The notes beneath the pieces were generated by a model. The model had not been told where the DNA came from. It did not search any database and worked only from the letters and a program-made list of their open reading frames with translations. A stretch of DNA of 63,084 nt, counting the filler, from Nanobdellota archaeon (lineage in GTDB: Archaea > Nanobdellota > Nanobdellia > B33-G15): assembly GCA_003660925.1 (NCBI GenBank). It is 14 parts of 14 records of this genome, joined end to end, with 100 filler letters (N's around TTAATTAATTAA, not from the genome) between each part and the next. Parts side by side here need not be neighbours in the genome. Positions count along the whole stretch, not along the records: positions 5,081 to 10,058 come from QMVD01000049.1; positions 10,159 to 15,110 come from QMVD01000050.1; positions 15,211 to 20,160 come from QMVD01000051.1; 11 more parts are not named here. The stretch is one strand, 5' to 3'. The first letter of the stretch is position 1. Each line of letters opens with the position of its first letter. Both the position numbers and the translations under genes were made by a program. Of the stretch, positions 8,035-18,267 are shown one piece after another.

Positions 8035-9277
8035 CGACCACCGCCTCCCTCAACAACACGAAAGGCATCTTTTGGTCCACGGGAACGGTCTGTCCCAACT
8101 TCCCACAATAACCACTACCCACCCAATACCTCCGCTTCCCTATCAAAACTATGTCCTTGAGGGTTTTGAGTATGTCTCCTGAAAGGGAAACCCCTTTTAT
8201 GGGTTCAGTTATTTCTCCCTTCCTCACCAAGAAACCATACTTGGCGCTGAAAAGGAAGAAGCCGTGAGAAGGCTCTACCACTCCTCCTATGGAGTCCTTC
8301 ATGTAAACCCCATCCTTCATCTCCTCGAGCATCTCCTGAAGGTTGGAGTCCCCTTTCTCCAAGATCGTGTTGGACATCCTAGGGAGGGGCAAATGAGCAG
8401 CGCTCTCCGCCCTGCCGTTCCCAGGGATTCCCCTCAACTTCGCAGCGCTCTCCCTAGAGTGTAAGTAGTCCTTCAGGACGCCTTTTTCTATGAGGGTCCT
8501 CCTCCTCGCCTTGATCCCCTCATCATCCAGCGGAAAATAGCCGAAGCCCTTCTGAGTGGGGTCATCGTATAGGGTCACGATTTCAGAGGCTATTTTCCTT
8601 CCCAACTTCCCCTTCAGGACGCTGGTCCCTTCCAGAATTGCATCTCCCTCGCAAGCATGGCCTACTGCCTCATGGAAGAAAACACCCGCCAACTCCGGAT
8701 CCAGGATGACGGGCATCCTCCCAGCGGGGGCGTGTCTCGCTCTGCTCATCAACTTTAACTCCTCTACTAGCTTATTCACGTCCTTCTCGATGTCCTTCAT
8801 CCTCACGTTCTCGTTCAAGAAACCCTTTACCAAGAAGTTCATGTCCAACCCCTCGCTCCTTATGACCACCTTCACGTTAGTCCTCTTCACGTCGTAACTC
8901 GCTTCACTCCCCTCAGAGTTTTCGTATTCCACGTGCCTCTTGGCCTCGTAAATGCCAACGATCCTGTGCTTGATCACTTCATCATTCAGTAGCTCGTAGA
9001 CCTCGTCCACGAGATCGAGAGGCTGTTCCTCGAACTTCAGGGGTTTCTTAAGTTCAACCTTTTCCCACCTCTTGACCCTAACACCTCTCCCAATGGACAA
9101 CCTCTTGGCCTTCTCCAACATCTTGGGGTGAAATTCGTTAGAAACCATGAATCCAACCCCCTCATCCACGTACCTCACTCCAACCAAAGAGGTGGAATAA
9201 GAAATGGTGTTTACATCTCCCTCATCTATCTCCAACCCCCTGACCTCTTTTTTCTCCTTCCTTATGTCGAAGAACAT
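8021..9277 (-). CDS. tldD: TldD-family metalloprotease (version A)
   Basis: HEAVGHACEGD, PRMSNT, CGKLGQTVPV. Confidence 0.92.
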   Translation of the reverse strand: MFFDIRKEKKEVRGLEIDEGDVNTISYSTSLVGVRYVDEGVGFMVSNEFHPKMLEKAKRLSIGRGVRVKRWEKVELKKPLKFEEQPLDLVDEVYELLNDEVIKHRIVGIYEAKRHVEYENSEGSEASYDVKRTNVKVVIRSEGLDMNFLVKGFLNENVRMKDIEKDVNKLVEELKLMSRARHAPAGRMPVILDPELAGVFFHEAVGHACEGDAILEGTSVLKGKLGRKIASEIVTLYDDPTQKGFGYFPLDDEGIKARRRTLIEKGVLKDYLHSRESAAKLRGIPGNGRAESAAHLPLPRMSNTILEKGDSNLQEMLEEMKDGVYMKDSIGGVVEPSHGFFLFSAKYGFLVRKGEITEPIKGVSLSGDILKTLKDIVLIGKRRYWVGSGYCGKLGQTVPVDQKMPFVLLREAVVGGRT

Positions 9278-10058
9278 CTATCCAATGATGCGCTTTATCT
9301 TTTTCAACGTTTTCTTATCCTTCCACTCCAGAGCGTGTTCCAGGACCTCATAGATGGTCGACACGGGGATTACCTTAATCCCCTTAACCATGATGTCCTT
9401 CTCGTTCATCTTAGGGATTATGACGGCCTTCATGCCCGCCTCTTTAGCTGCCTCCACTTTAGCGTTTATAGAGCCAACAGGTAGGACCTCTCCCCTTATG
9501 CTAAGGGAACCTGTGAGGGCGACGCTCTGTTTTATGGGGATGTTCTCGAGGGCAGATATGACCGCTGCCGCTACGGAGATGCTCGCCGAGTCCCCCTCTA
9601 CCCCCTCATAAGTCTGGATGAATTGGATGTGAATGTCATAGTTAGAGATATCTCTCCCAGAATACTTCTTTATGATGGCGCTCACGTTCTCCACCGCTTC
9701 CTTAGCGATTTTACCCAGTTTCCCTGTGGCTATTATCCTCCCAGAACCCTTCTTCATGCTTGGGGCCAAGGTCGCTTCTATGGGTAAGACCAACCCCGTA
9801 TCCGAGCCGCTTATCACAGCCAGACCGTTCACCCTTCCAACAGCGACCCCAGTGTTCCTTATCACCTGATATTCCTTCTTCTCTTTCATGTATCTCTCCG
9901 CGACCTGTTGTTCTAGGGAGCTCGCTAACTTCTTGGCTTTCCTCACGTGCTTGGGCAGGACGTACTTCGCTCCCTCTTCCCTAGCTATGTCTCCTGCCAC
10001 TCTGACCAGCCCCCCTAAGTCTCTTAATTTTAAGGTGAGATAGCCCCTCCTTCCCGCC
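9278..10058 (-). CDS. lonB: Archaeal Lon protease (LonB), C-terminal fragment
   Basis: [11 protein letters not shown]er-Lys dyad; [17 protein letters not shown]. Confidence 0.93.
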
Positions 10059-10158
10059 NNNNNNNNNNNNNNNNNNNNNNNNNNNNNNNNNNNNNNNNNN
10101 NNTTAATTAATTAANNNNNNNNNNNNNNNNNNNNNNNNNNNNNNNNNNNNNNNNNNNN

Positions 10159-10468
10159 GATCGAGGAATACTCACTGAAACACATAGATCTAAACAGGGT
10201 ATTATTCTTCAGGAGCTTCGGTTCCAAATCTAAAGCCATTGCAAGGTGTTGGGCCCTCCCAAGGCTCTGGCAACAAGCCCTGGGGATAGAGGCTCACTAC
10301 GTCGTTGAGGTCATATGGGAGAGGTTCGGGAAGTTGGATGAGAAGGGAAGGAAAAGGGTCATCCTGCATGAGTTGCTCCACATCCCGAAGTCCTTTTCCG
10401 GAGGATTGAGGAATCATCATGTGTTGAGGAGGGTGTTGAATGAGTTACAGAAAGGGGGCGGACGCTGA
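10159..10468 (+). CDS. Putative metallopeptidase, 5'-truncated (not in ORF track)
   Basis: Manual translation ...RSFGSKSKAIARCWALPRLWQQAL...ILHELLHIPKSFSGGLRNH. Confidence 0.8.
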
Positions 10469-10799
10469 GCGAAGGTTAATAAAGCTCTTGAGGGAAAAGG
10501 GGTACGAGTGCGTGAGGGTAGCTGGTTCCGGGAGGGCGAGATTCGAACAACCGGACGTCCTCGCCAGTGATGGTGGTAAGGTTATGTGTATAGAGTGCAA
10601 GTTCGTGAACAAGGATGTCCTCTACATAAGCAAGAATGAGATCGATGCCCTTAAGAGGTTTGCCAGAAGGTTCGGATGCAAGCCCGTACTCGCCGTTCAG
10701 TTCAAGAAGAGGTGGAGGTTCTGGGAGGTAGAGAAGTTAAAGGGGAAAGGATACATCAAGTTGGAACCCAATCAACCTTCAGCTTCCTCGGATATATGA
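10440..10799 (+). CDS. hjc: Holliday junction resolvase
   Basis: KGADAER, RVAGSG, PDVLA, IECK. Confidence 0.92.
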   Translation: MSYRKGADAERRLIKLLREKGYECVRVAGSGRARFEQPDVLASDGGKVMCIECKFVNKDVLYISKNEIDALKRFARRFGCKPVLAVQFKKRWRFWEVEKLKGKGYIKLEPNQPSASSDI

Positions 10800-11838
10800 A
10801 GACGTTGAACATGACCACCAACAAGAGGAGTAACCAGAAAGGGGAGTAAATGAAGTAATAGGCTAGGAACTCGTGGATGTGAAATTCATATCCCAACTTC
10901 CTCGAGAAGAAGTAGAAGATAGGGAGATATCCCATGAAGATGAACAGCCCAAGGAGGATGTTCTTCAAGAGAACTACCGGTGGAGAGATCAAGAGGAAGA
11001 GGGAAAGGAGAGGAGGGAAGTAGTTGGAGATGACCGCGAGGATGATGGCAGCGAGAGTCATGAAAAACCCCTCTGGGGTTATGAGAGAGAGGAGGAGCCA
11101 AGCGAGGGCTGGGAGATAAGTGAAAATGACGAAGAGGGCCACAATGGGGTGTTTCGCTATGCCCTTCAGCAACTCCTCATAGTGGTCCCTTATGTAGATG
11201 ATACCCCCTATGCTCCACCTCTTCCTCTGTTTTATGAGCGCCCTCACTGTGGAGGGGGCCTCTGTCTTGACCACGGGTTCCACCAAGTACTTGAATTTCC
11301 CCCTCTCGAATGTCCTTATGGCGATGTCCATATCCTCTGTGGGGACTTCCCTAAACCCTCCTACCTCCTCGAAGAGCTCCCTCTTCATGGCGAAGGCAGC
11401 TCCGTTCACGCCAACGCACCGCTTGATGGTCTTCGACATGAACCAGTTCGTGACGTTCGCGGCTATGTAATCGTAATAGATTACCTTGGCAATCTTACTG
11501 TCCTTGATGATCTCCTTCCTCAGTTCTAAGATGTCACAATCCTTCATCTCTTCCTCCACCTTCTTCAGGATCCCTTCCTTAACCTCCGTGTCCGCGTCCA
11601 GGAAGAGGAGCACGTCTCCCTTCGAGAGCTCCACCCCCAGGTTCAAGGCCCTCGGTTTCCCTATCCTCTTCCCATTGAGGACAAACTTCACCCCTCTGAA
11701 CTTCATCCTTTTAACTTCCTCGTCTGGCTCGTCCACCACCACTATGATTTCCTTCTTAACTTTCTCCTTAGTCAGGACTTTTAGAATGGACTTCAACCTC
11801 TTCGAGTTCCTGTAAACGGGTATAATGACGCTTATCAC
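10756..11838 (-). CDS. GT2 glycosyltransferase with C-terminal TM helices
   Basis: SVIIP, FLDAD, TEDMD, QRKRW. Confidence 0.9.
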   Translation of the reverse strand: MISVIIPVYRNSKRLKSILKVLTKEKVKKEIIVVVDEPDEEVKRMKFRGVKFVLNGKRIGKPRALNLGVELSKGDVLLFLDADTEVKEGILKKVEEEMKDCDILELRKEIIKDSKIAKVIYYDYIAANVTNWFMSKTIKRCVGVNGAAFAMKRELFEEVGGFREVPTEDMDIAIRTFERGKFKYLVEPVVKTEAPSTVRALIKQRKRWSIGGIIYIRDHYEELLKGIAKHPIVALFVIFTYLPALAWLLLSLITPEGFFMTLAAIILAVISNYFPPLLSLFLLISPPVVLLKNILLGLFIFMGYLPIFYFFSRKLGYEFHIHEFLAYYFIYSPFWLLLLLVVMFNVFIYPRKLKVDWVPT

Positions 11839-11924
11839 GAGTTGAACTAAAAAAGAAGCTTATTAAATCTTTTTTCGAAAGTATTAAAAAAAGGCAGTTT
11901 TTTAAAAAAGTAGGGGTGCTCAAA

Positions 11925-12095
11925 ATGGACGTTTTGAGGAAGAAGCAGGCAAAAGAGGTGGCGAAGGGACTGGGGATGAGATTCCCAGATTCAGCGATAG
12001 CCGCGTTGGACAGGAAAGTAGTTGAGCTCATAAAAGAAGCCGCTAACAGGGCAAAGGCGAACAAGAGAAAGACTATCACTGAATACGACTTTTGA
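11925..12095 (+). CDS. Short histone-fold protein (56 aa; not in ORF track)
   Basis: MDVLRKKQAKEVAKGLGMRFPDSAIAALDRKVVELIKEAANRAKANKRKTITEYDF; RKT...D signature; SD GGGGTG; T-rich tract downstream. Confidence 0.85.
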   Translation: MDVLRKKQAKEVAKGLGMRFPDSAIAALDRKVVELIKEAANRAKANKRKTITEYDF

Positions 12096-12111
12096 GCCTT
12101 TTTCTCTTTTA

Positions 12112-13824
12112 TTACCTCCAGAGCCTCGACTTACCTGGAAGGACCTTAATAACCTCCTCAGCCCCTACCCCTAAGATCTTGGCTATTTCCTCTGCCAACT
12201 CCTCGGGCTCTTCATCCCCTGGATAGGTCAAAACGTAATGCTTAGTTTGTTTCCTGATCGCACTCCTTGGACCAGCTATGACCTCTCCTTCGCTACGACC
12301 TACGGCCAATTCGGGCTTCACGTCCTTGACATATTTCTTCTTTCCCTTTATCATGAAAGACCCTTTAGGCATGTACATGCCCGAAGGGGGGGCTAATCCT
12401 ATCTGATGGGGAGAGACGCAGAAGACATCGACTGCTCCGTATCCCATCTTCCAAGCCTTCGAGTAATTAACGGTGTTCTGGGCTGCCTCCTGAATGGTCT
12501 TCTCCCCTGCCTCCTTCCCGTTCTTTATCAGGGTGAAGGGAGAACCATGGACGTCCGCGTGTAGGACTAGGTCATTGGGCTCCATGTATTTTCTTATCAA
12601 AATCTCGTTCTGTTTAGCATCTCTTCCAGATATGACGAGGAAACCTTCGCTAGAGATGAACCAATGGAACTTCTCGTACCACTTTTTCTTCCTTTTCTCC
12701 TTCTTGACTTTGGGCTTCTCTTCTTTTTTGACAACGACCTGCTTCGCCCTCTCCGCTTTCCTCTCGTACTTCTTAGCCAAATCATAATACAAGTTCAAGT
12801 TCTCCCCTAAGCTCCTCTCAAGGCTCAACTCTATCCCGTCTATGACTACAGCCCTTTTTTCAGGGTCATAAGAATCTATCCTCCTGCCGAAGTGTTCCAG
12901 GAATTCATCCACTCCATACCAACCGTACTCACTTATTCTCTTCCTCAGAGCATTGAAAATCTCTTCGAGCTCTCCGAAGTTCTCTATGATATACTCCGCC
13001 TTTTCCTTGTATTCCTTCGCCTTCCTCTCGTGTTCTTTGTAATCTATGACTATCTCCCTCTCTTCCTTCTTCTCTTCCGCCAAGCTGTCATATGCTTCGC
13101 TCAGGGTCTCGAAGCGCTTCCCTTCCCCCCTCATGCTCTTGAAGGGAAATGGGAGGACCACGCCGTTCATCACTAAAGGTCTCACGCCTTTCTCCTTCAG
13201 CTCTTCGATGGCTCTCCTTATCTTTTCTATCTCTTCATCGCTCAGTTCCCTTGGACTCTTCGTCTTCTTCACGCCAGCCAATGCACATATCTCCTCCGCA
13301 TATCTCCCCCCGAATCCCATGTCCACCGCCAAGAACCTCACGACATCCTTCCTCTCGCTCTTCTTAGCGTCTTCGAGTTTCTTCGTGGGAGGAGGCGGTT
13401 GGTAAGGGGTCCTCGGTTTCACCCACCTCGTCCCGAAGTTCTGGATATGAAGGGGGAAAATGATGTTAAGATCTTCATCGCAGAGGATTATATTCCCGGG
13501 TCTCATGACCTCAAATATCAACTTGTGTCCACCTATCTCAAAAATCACTATTCTCTCCATGTCCAACTGACTTATCTTCCTCAGCTTCTTGTTTCTCAAG
13601 TACTTCCTCAGCAGCATGCAAAAGTTGGAAGGCACTTGCTCTCTCTCCTCTTTTTCGGTGAGATACAGACCTCTTCCAGGCCAGAGCTTGAGGACGTACT
13701 CCTTCCCCTTGTAGAAGTGTAGGTAGTAGGTATCTCCTTTGTTGTAGATTCGTTCTAACCTTGCTCCTTCCAAGAATGAGAGTTCCCTCACTATGTGATA
13801 TACATCTAAACTCGCCTGCTCCAT
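12112..13824 (-). CDS. rqcH: RqcH/NEMF (NFACT) ribosome quality-control protein
   Basis: FCMLLRKYL, KWYEKFHWFISSEG, GRDAKQNE, HADVHGSP. Confidence 0.92.
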   Translation of the reverse strand: MEQASLDVYHIVRELSFLEGARLERIYNKGDTYYLHFYKGKEYVLKLWPGRGLYLTEKEEREQVPSNFCMLLRKYLRNKKLRKISQLDMERIVIFEIGGHKLIFEVMRPGNIILCDEDLNIIFPLHIQNFGTRWVKPRTPYQPPPPTKKLEDAKKSERKDVVRFLAVDMGFGGRYAEEICALAGVKKTKSPRELSDEEIEKIRRAIEELKEKGVRPLVMNGVVLPFPFKSMRGEGKRFETLSEAYDSLAEEKKEEREIVIDYKEHERKAKEYKEKAEYIIENFGELEEIFNALRKRISEYGWYGVDEFLEHFGRRIDSYDPEKRAVVIDGIELSLERSLGENLNLYYDLAKKYERKAERAKQVVVKKEEKPKVKKEKRKKKWYEKFHWFISSEGFLVISGRDAKQNEILIRKYMEPNDLVLHADVHGSPFTLIKNGKEAGEKTIQEAAQNTVNYSKAWKMGYGAVDVFCVSPHQIGLAPPSGMYMPKGSFMIKGKKKYVKDVKPELAVGRSEGEVIAGPRSAIRKQTKHYVLTYPGDEEPEELAEEIAKILGVGAEEVIKVLPGKSRLWR

Positions 13825-13870
13825 CACATTTAAAATGGTTCTCTTATCTTTAAATTCTATGAGGGCTCTC

Positions 13871-15110
13871 ATGGAATTCTACCCCGTTGATGTGGATTAC
13901 ATAGATGAGGGCGGTAATTCTGTGGTGAGGATCTTCGGAGTGACAGAAGAAGGGGAAAGGGTCATTGTGTTGGACAGGAACTTCCACCAATACTTCTATG
14001 TGAGGTTCAAAAACCCCGAGAAGGTCGTGGAGAAAGTAAAGAAGTTGAAGGTGGACAAATACAAGGTCGTGGATGCCAAGGTTGAGGAGATGAAGAGGTT
14101 GGGGGAACCCATCAAGGTCGTGAGGATATGGGTGAACCACCCATCCGCCGTTAAGGTCATCCTAGACGAGTGTGAGAAGATGGAAGGATTCGTGGAGAAG
14201 TACGAGAGGGACATCTCATTCTACAAGAGGTACATCATGGATAAGAAACTAGTGATGTTCGCTCGCACGAGGGTAGAGGGAAGGATGATAAAGGAAAAGC
14301 CCATGGTTTTTGACGCGACTTCCGTGAAGCCGTTGAATGGGGAAGACTTGAAGGATATAAAATTCATAGCCTTCGACATAGAGACGTATAACCTCAGGGG
14401 GAACCCAAGGCCTGATGTTGACCCCATAATCATGATATCCTTATACTTCTCGGATGGGAGGAAGAAACTCCTTACTACCAAAAAAATAAGGAAGGATTAC
14501 GTGGAGAACTTAGAAGATGAGGCAAGCATGTTATTGAGGTTCATCAAGATAATCAGGGAGGAGAGGCCTCTTTTCTTGGTGGGTTATAACTCTGATCTCT
14601 TTGACATGCCCTACCTGAAAGCGCGCATGGACAAGTACAAATTGAAGATGGACTTCGGTTGGGATGGGAGTTCTGGGAAATTTGTGAGGAGAGGAAGACA
14701 GTATGGGATGAGGTTCAAAGGACTAATACATGTCGACTTGTATCCTTTCATCATGAATATTTTGGGTCCAAACCTGAAGACAGAAGTTTATGGGTTGGAT
14801 GCTGTGGCCAAAGAGCTTTTGGGAGAGGGAAAAGATGAGATGAATAAAGGGGACATGTGGCGCATGTGGGAGTATGGGGGGAAAGAGCTAGAAAAACTAG
14901 CGGAGTACAGCTTGAAGGACGCTTATTTGACTGGGAAGCTCATGGAGAAGCTCCTCTTCCAGCTCATAGAAATCTCAAAGCTAACTTCCCTTCCCCTCTA
15001 CGATGTCTGTAGGATCGGGTATTCTCAATATGTGGAAAGCTACTTGATGAGCCACATAAGGGCGTTCAAAGAGCTCATCCCTAACAGGCCAACTCAAGAG
15101 GAGATAAGTA
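13871..15110 (+). CDS. polB: Cellular family B DNA polymerase, N-terminal/exonuclease part
   Basis: FDIET, GYNSDLFD, YSLKDA exonuclease motifs; cut by contig end. Confidence 0.92.
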
Positions 15111-15210
15111 NNNNNNNNNNNNNNNNNNNNNNNNNNNNNNNNNNNNNNNNNNNNTTAATTAATTAANNNNNNNNNNNNNNNNNNNNNNNNNNNNNNNNNN
15201 NNNNNNNNNN

Positions 15211-15561
15211 ATAATCCTGACCACCCATGACATGAGTGACGTAGAAGAGCTTTGCAAGAGGGTGATCCTGATAGATAAGGGTAAGATAATTTATGATGGT
15301 CCCCTCAAGAAGCTCAAGGAGAAGTTCGTAGAAAATAAACTGGTAGAGGTGGAGTTCTCTAAGGAATATAGGGAAATATTCCTGCCAGAAGGGTGTTCCC
15401 TCATCTATTCCTCTAAGTACAAGGCGGGGATAGAGGTGGATCTCAAAAAAGCCTCTGTCTCTTCCCTCATAACCTTCCTCCTCAACAACTTCGAAGTGAA
15501 GGACCTCAGCATAAAGGAGCCCAAGATAGAAGAGGTGATTAGGAAGGTGTATGAATCATGA
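15211..15561 (+). CDS. ABC transporter ATPase, C-terminal fragment
   Basis: ILTTHDMSDVEELCKRVILIDKG. Confidence 0.88.
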   Translation: MILTTHDMSDVEELCKRVILIDKGKIIYDGPLKKLKEKFVENKLVEVEFSKEYREIFLPEGCSLIYSSKYKAGIEVDLKKASVSSLITFLLNNFEVKDLSIKEPKIEEVIRKVYES

Positions 15562-16337
15562 AAAGATGGGGCTTAGCGAAGGCCATAGCATCGAATGCTA
15601 TGGCATATAAGCTAGACTTCGTCCTCTGGGCGATACTCCCCCCTCTCCAAATCGCTGTTTACTACTTCCTTTGGGTCTCTGTGTATAAATATGGTGGGTT
15701 GGAATACGTAGCAGGATACTCTCTAAACAACATGATAACTTATTACGTGCTCTCCATCGTCGTGGGAGCCCTCACGTGGGTGGGGATAGAAGAAGAGATA
15801 GAAGAGGACATAGTAAGTGGGAACATGATACAAAAGATGACAAAGCCCATGTCCGTCGGGGAATATTTTTTCTTTGAGAACATAGGATATAAGTTATTGG
15901 CAGTTCCTCTAATAGTAGTTCCCACCCTTCTTTTGGGTTACCTCTTATTCGGCGCGCAACTCACCTCTTTTCCGAACTTGCTCCTCTTCTCCCTCTTTTC
16001 CCTAATCGCAATGGTGATGAACTTCCTCCTTTCTCTCACGGTAGGAGCCCTGGCCTTTTGGATGAAAAAGATCCATAGCTTGGTAAGGCTCAAGAGGACT
16101 GCCTTCTTCTTGTTGTCAGGGGGACTTTTTCCGCTCGAGCTCCTTCCAACAGGGGTGAGAGCCCTGTTCGACCTGCTCCCCTTCAAGTATCTCCTCTACG
16201 TCCCAATAAAGGCGTACTTCGGGGAAGTTGGGGTGGAACACTTCCTCCTCTCCCTCGGTTGGGTCCTCTTCACTTACCTCTGTTATAAACTCATTTGGAG
16301 GAGGGCCTACAAACAGTTCAAGGGGGTTGGGGTATGA
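15558..16337 (+). CDS. ABC-2 type permease
   Basis: Multi-TM; LSGGLFPL motif. Confidence 0.88.
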   Translation: MKRWGLAKAIASNAMAYKLDFVLWAILPPLQIAVYYFLWVSVYKYGGLEYVAGYSLNNMITYYVLSIVVGALTWVGIEEEIEEDIVSGNMIQKMTKPMSVGEYFFFENIGYKLLAVPLIVVPTLLLGYLLFGAQLTSFPNLLLFSLFSLIAMVMNFLLSLTVGALAFWMKKIHSLVRLKRTAFFLLSGGLFPLELLPTGVRALFDLLPFKYLLYVPIKAYFGEVGVEHFLLSLGWVLFTYLCYKLIWRRAYKQFKGVGV

Positions 16338-17107
16338 GGGCATTAAAGGTGTTCCTCAAGTTCCTGGAAATAGAGTGGGGAAAGACCATGGCATATAGAA
16401 TTAACTTTCTGCTTCATAACTTGAGCATCCTTCTCTCCGATATCTTGTCCCCCCTACTAGCCATCTTGATATATCATAACACACCAGGCATACCTGGATG
16501 GACTCTAAGTCAGTTCCTCCTCTTTTACGGCACTAACATTTTCGTGTGGGGACTCGCTGGCTTTTTCTTCCTTCCCATGAGCTGGCGCACTTCTTGGAAA
16601 GTGAGGATCGGGCTGTTCGACCAAATATTGGTGAGGCCCATAAAGCCCGTGTTACACCTCACCCTCACGAGTGTGGACTTGGATAAGATAGGGGAAGTGA
16701 TCCTCGGTCTCCTCATCATCCTTCTCTCTGGCGTGAAGTTCGACCCGATTCAGTTATCTATGTATCTCTTATTCCTGGGTTGTGGGATATTGGTTATGTA
16801 TTCCCTCTCCCTCATGCTCACTTCCGCCGCTATCCTATTCGTGAGGGTGAAGAACATCTTCCACATCATATGGGTGTTAGGAGAGTTTACAGAATATCCC
16901 CTCTCTCTATACAGTGCTCCCTTCAGGTTCTTCTTCACCTTCATCCTCCCCTTTGGGTTGGTCTCCTTTTATCCGGCATACGCCTTCTTCGGCCTACTTG
17001 AGTCTTCCACCATTCTTTCCCTTCTGCTCATTACCGCTCTCTTCTTCCTCTTAGGCATCAAGATATTTGACTTTGCCATCAAGAGATACACGAGCGCCGG
17101 CGGGTGA
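16334..17107 (+). CDS. ABC-2 type permease
   Basis: Multi-TM; FDQILVRP, YPLSLY, YTSAGG. Confidence 0.88.
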   Translation: MRALKVFLKFLEIEWGKTMAYRINFLLHNLSILLSDILSPLLAILIYHNTPGIPGWTLSQFLLFYGTNIFVWGLAGFFFLPMSWRTSWKVRIGLFDQILVRPIKPVLHLTLTSVDLDKIGEVILGLLIILLSGVKFDPIQLSMYLLFLGCGILVMYSLSLMLTSAAILFVRVKNIFHIIWVLGEFTEYPLSLYSAPFRFFFTFILPFGLVSFYPAYAFFGLLESSTILSLLLITALFFLLGIKIFDFAIKRYTSAGG

Positions 17108-17142
17108 AACCTTTTAAAATCGGAATTCAGAGGTTTATTCGC

Positions 17143-17213
17143 GCGGCCGTAGTCTAGTGGTAGGACCCCAGCCTTCCAAGCTGGTGACCCGGGTTCGAAT
17201 CCCGGCGGCCGCA
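17143..17213 (+). tRNA. tRNA-Gly(TCC), no intron, CCA not encoded
   Basis: GCGGCCG acceptor stem, CCAGC-CTTCCAA-GCTGG anticodon arm, GGTTCGAATCC. Confidence 0.96.
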
Positions 17214-17229
17214 TAAAAGAAAGAAGAGG

Positions 17230-17745
17230 TTAAGGTCTTCTCGTCTTCTTCGCCTCTTCAACTCTCTTGATGTAATCCTCGCTGTCTTCTTTTATCCACT
17301 GCTTCGGGTCGTACTCGATTATGTTTCCGTTCTCATCCATGGTGTAAACCTTGGAGATGCCAGCGTTTATGATGACCCTCCTGCACCAATAGCAAGGGAT
17401 GATGGGGAGGTGTTTTCCTGTCTTCACATCCTCGCCACAAGCATACATGATTCCTCCAAGGACAGAGGAACCATGCCTAGCAGCGTTGATAATAGCATTT
17501 TCCTCAGCGTGGACCGCCGGACAGTGCTCATAACCTCTTCCCCTCTCAGCCCCCATCATCTCCTTTAAGCAATCTCCTACCTCATTGCAGTTCACCACAC
17601 CTCTCGCCGGCCCGTTGTACCCCGTGCTCACGATGGTGTCGTCCTTCACGATCACTGCCCCATACCTCCTCAATAGGCATGTGGACCTCTTGCACACTGC
17701 TTTGGCTATGTTCAAGTAATATTCTACCTTAGAGGGCCTCTTCAT
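17230..17745 (-). CDS. dCMP deaminase family protein
   Basis: STGYNG, HAEENA, PCYWC. Confidence 0.9.
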   Translation of the reverse strand: MKRPSKVEYYLNIAKAVCKRSTCLLRRYGAVIVKDDTIVSTGYNGPARGVVNCNEVGDCLKEMMGAERGRGYEHCPAVHAEENAIINAARHGSSVLGGIMYACGEDVKTGKHLPIIPCYWCRRVIINAGISKVYTMDENGNIIEYDPKQWIKEDSEDYIKRVEEAKKTRRP

Positions 17746-17752
17746 GCGTCCT

Positions 17753-18214
17753 CTAAAAGGCACCCTTACTTATATCATTTTCTAACAATTCTTCCTTGAC
17801 GAATATAGGGGCACCAGTCCTCAGGGCGATGGCCACGCCATCGCTTGGTCTAGCATCCAATTCCACCCCCTTCCAAAAAACAGAAATGTGTAATGTTGCG
17901 TAGTACGTCCCTCCTTGGAGCTTGTCGATGGTCACGAAATGATTCGCGTTCAGTGCCTTTAAGAGGGAAGAAAAAAGGTCGTGAGTATTGGGTCTGAAAG
18001 ACCTCGTTCCGTTCAACGCGAGTTGGATAGAATACACCTGCTCTTCACTTACTATCATGTCCAGATGTCCAGAAGTCGTCCTTAACCTGAGCAAGTAATC
18101 ATTAGCCTCCACGTCTATCACTCTTTCATAACCTGTTAATCTCTCCTCCCTTGGCACGAAGATTAGAAGGGAAAGAAGAAAGAAGAGAATAAGAAAGAGC
18201 AAGTGGTACTTCAT
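17753..18214 (-). CDS. Bifunctional nuclease (DUF151) domain protein with N-terminal TM
   Basis: RPNTHDL, DARPSDGVAIALR. Confidence 0.85.
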   Translation of the reverse strand: MKYHLLFLILFFLLSLLIFVPREERLTGYERVIDVEANDYLLRLRTTSGHLDMIVSEEQVYSIQLALNGTRSFRPNTHDLFSSLLKALNANHFVTIDKLQGGTYYATLHISVFWKGVELDARPSDGVAIALRTGAPIFVKEELLENDISKGAF

Positions 18215-18267
18215 GGTTAACTTCCATTCCCAATAAATTTAAATTTAATTGAAGATTGAAAGAACAA

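Noticed and set aside
10873..11529. Long antisense ORFs opposite membrane-protein and other genes
   Set aside because: By-product of codon bias; no motifs
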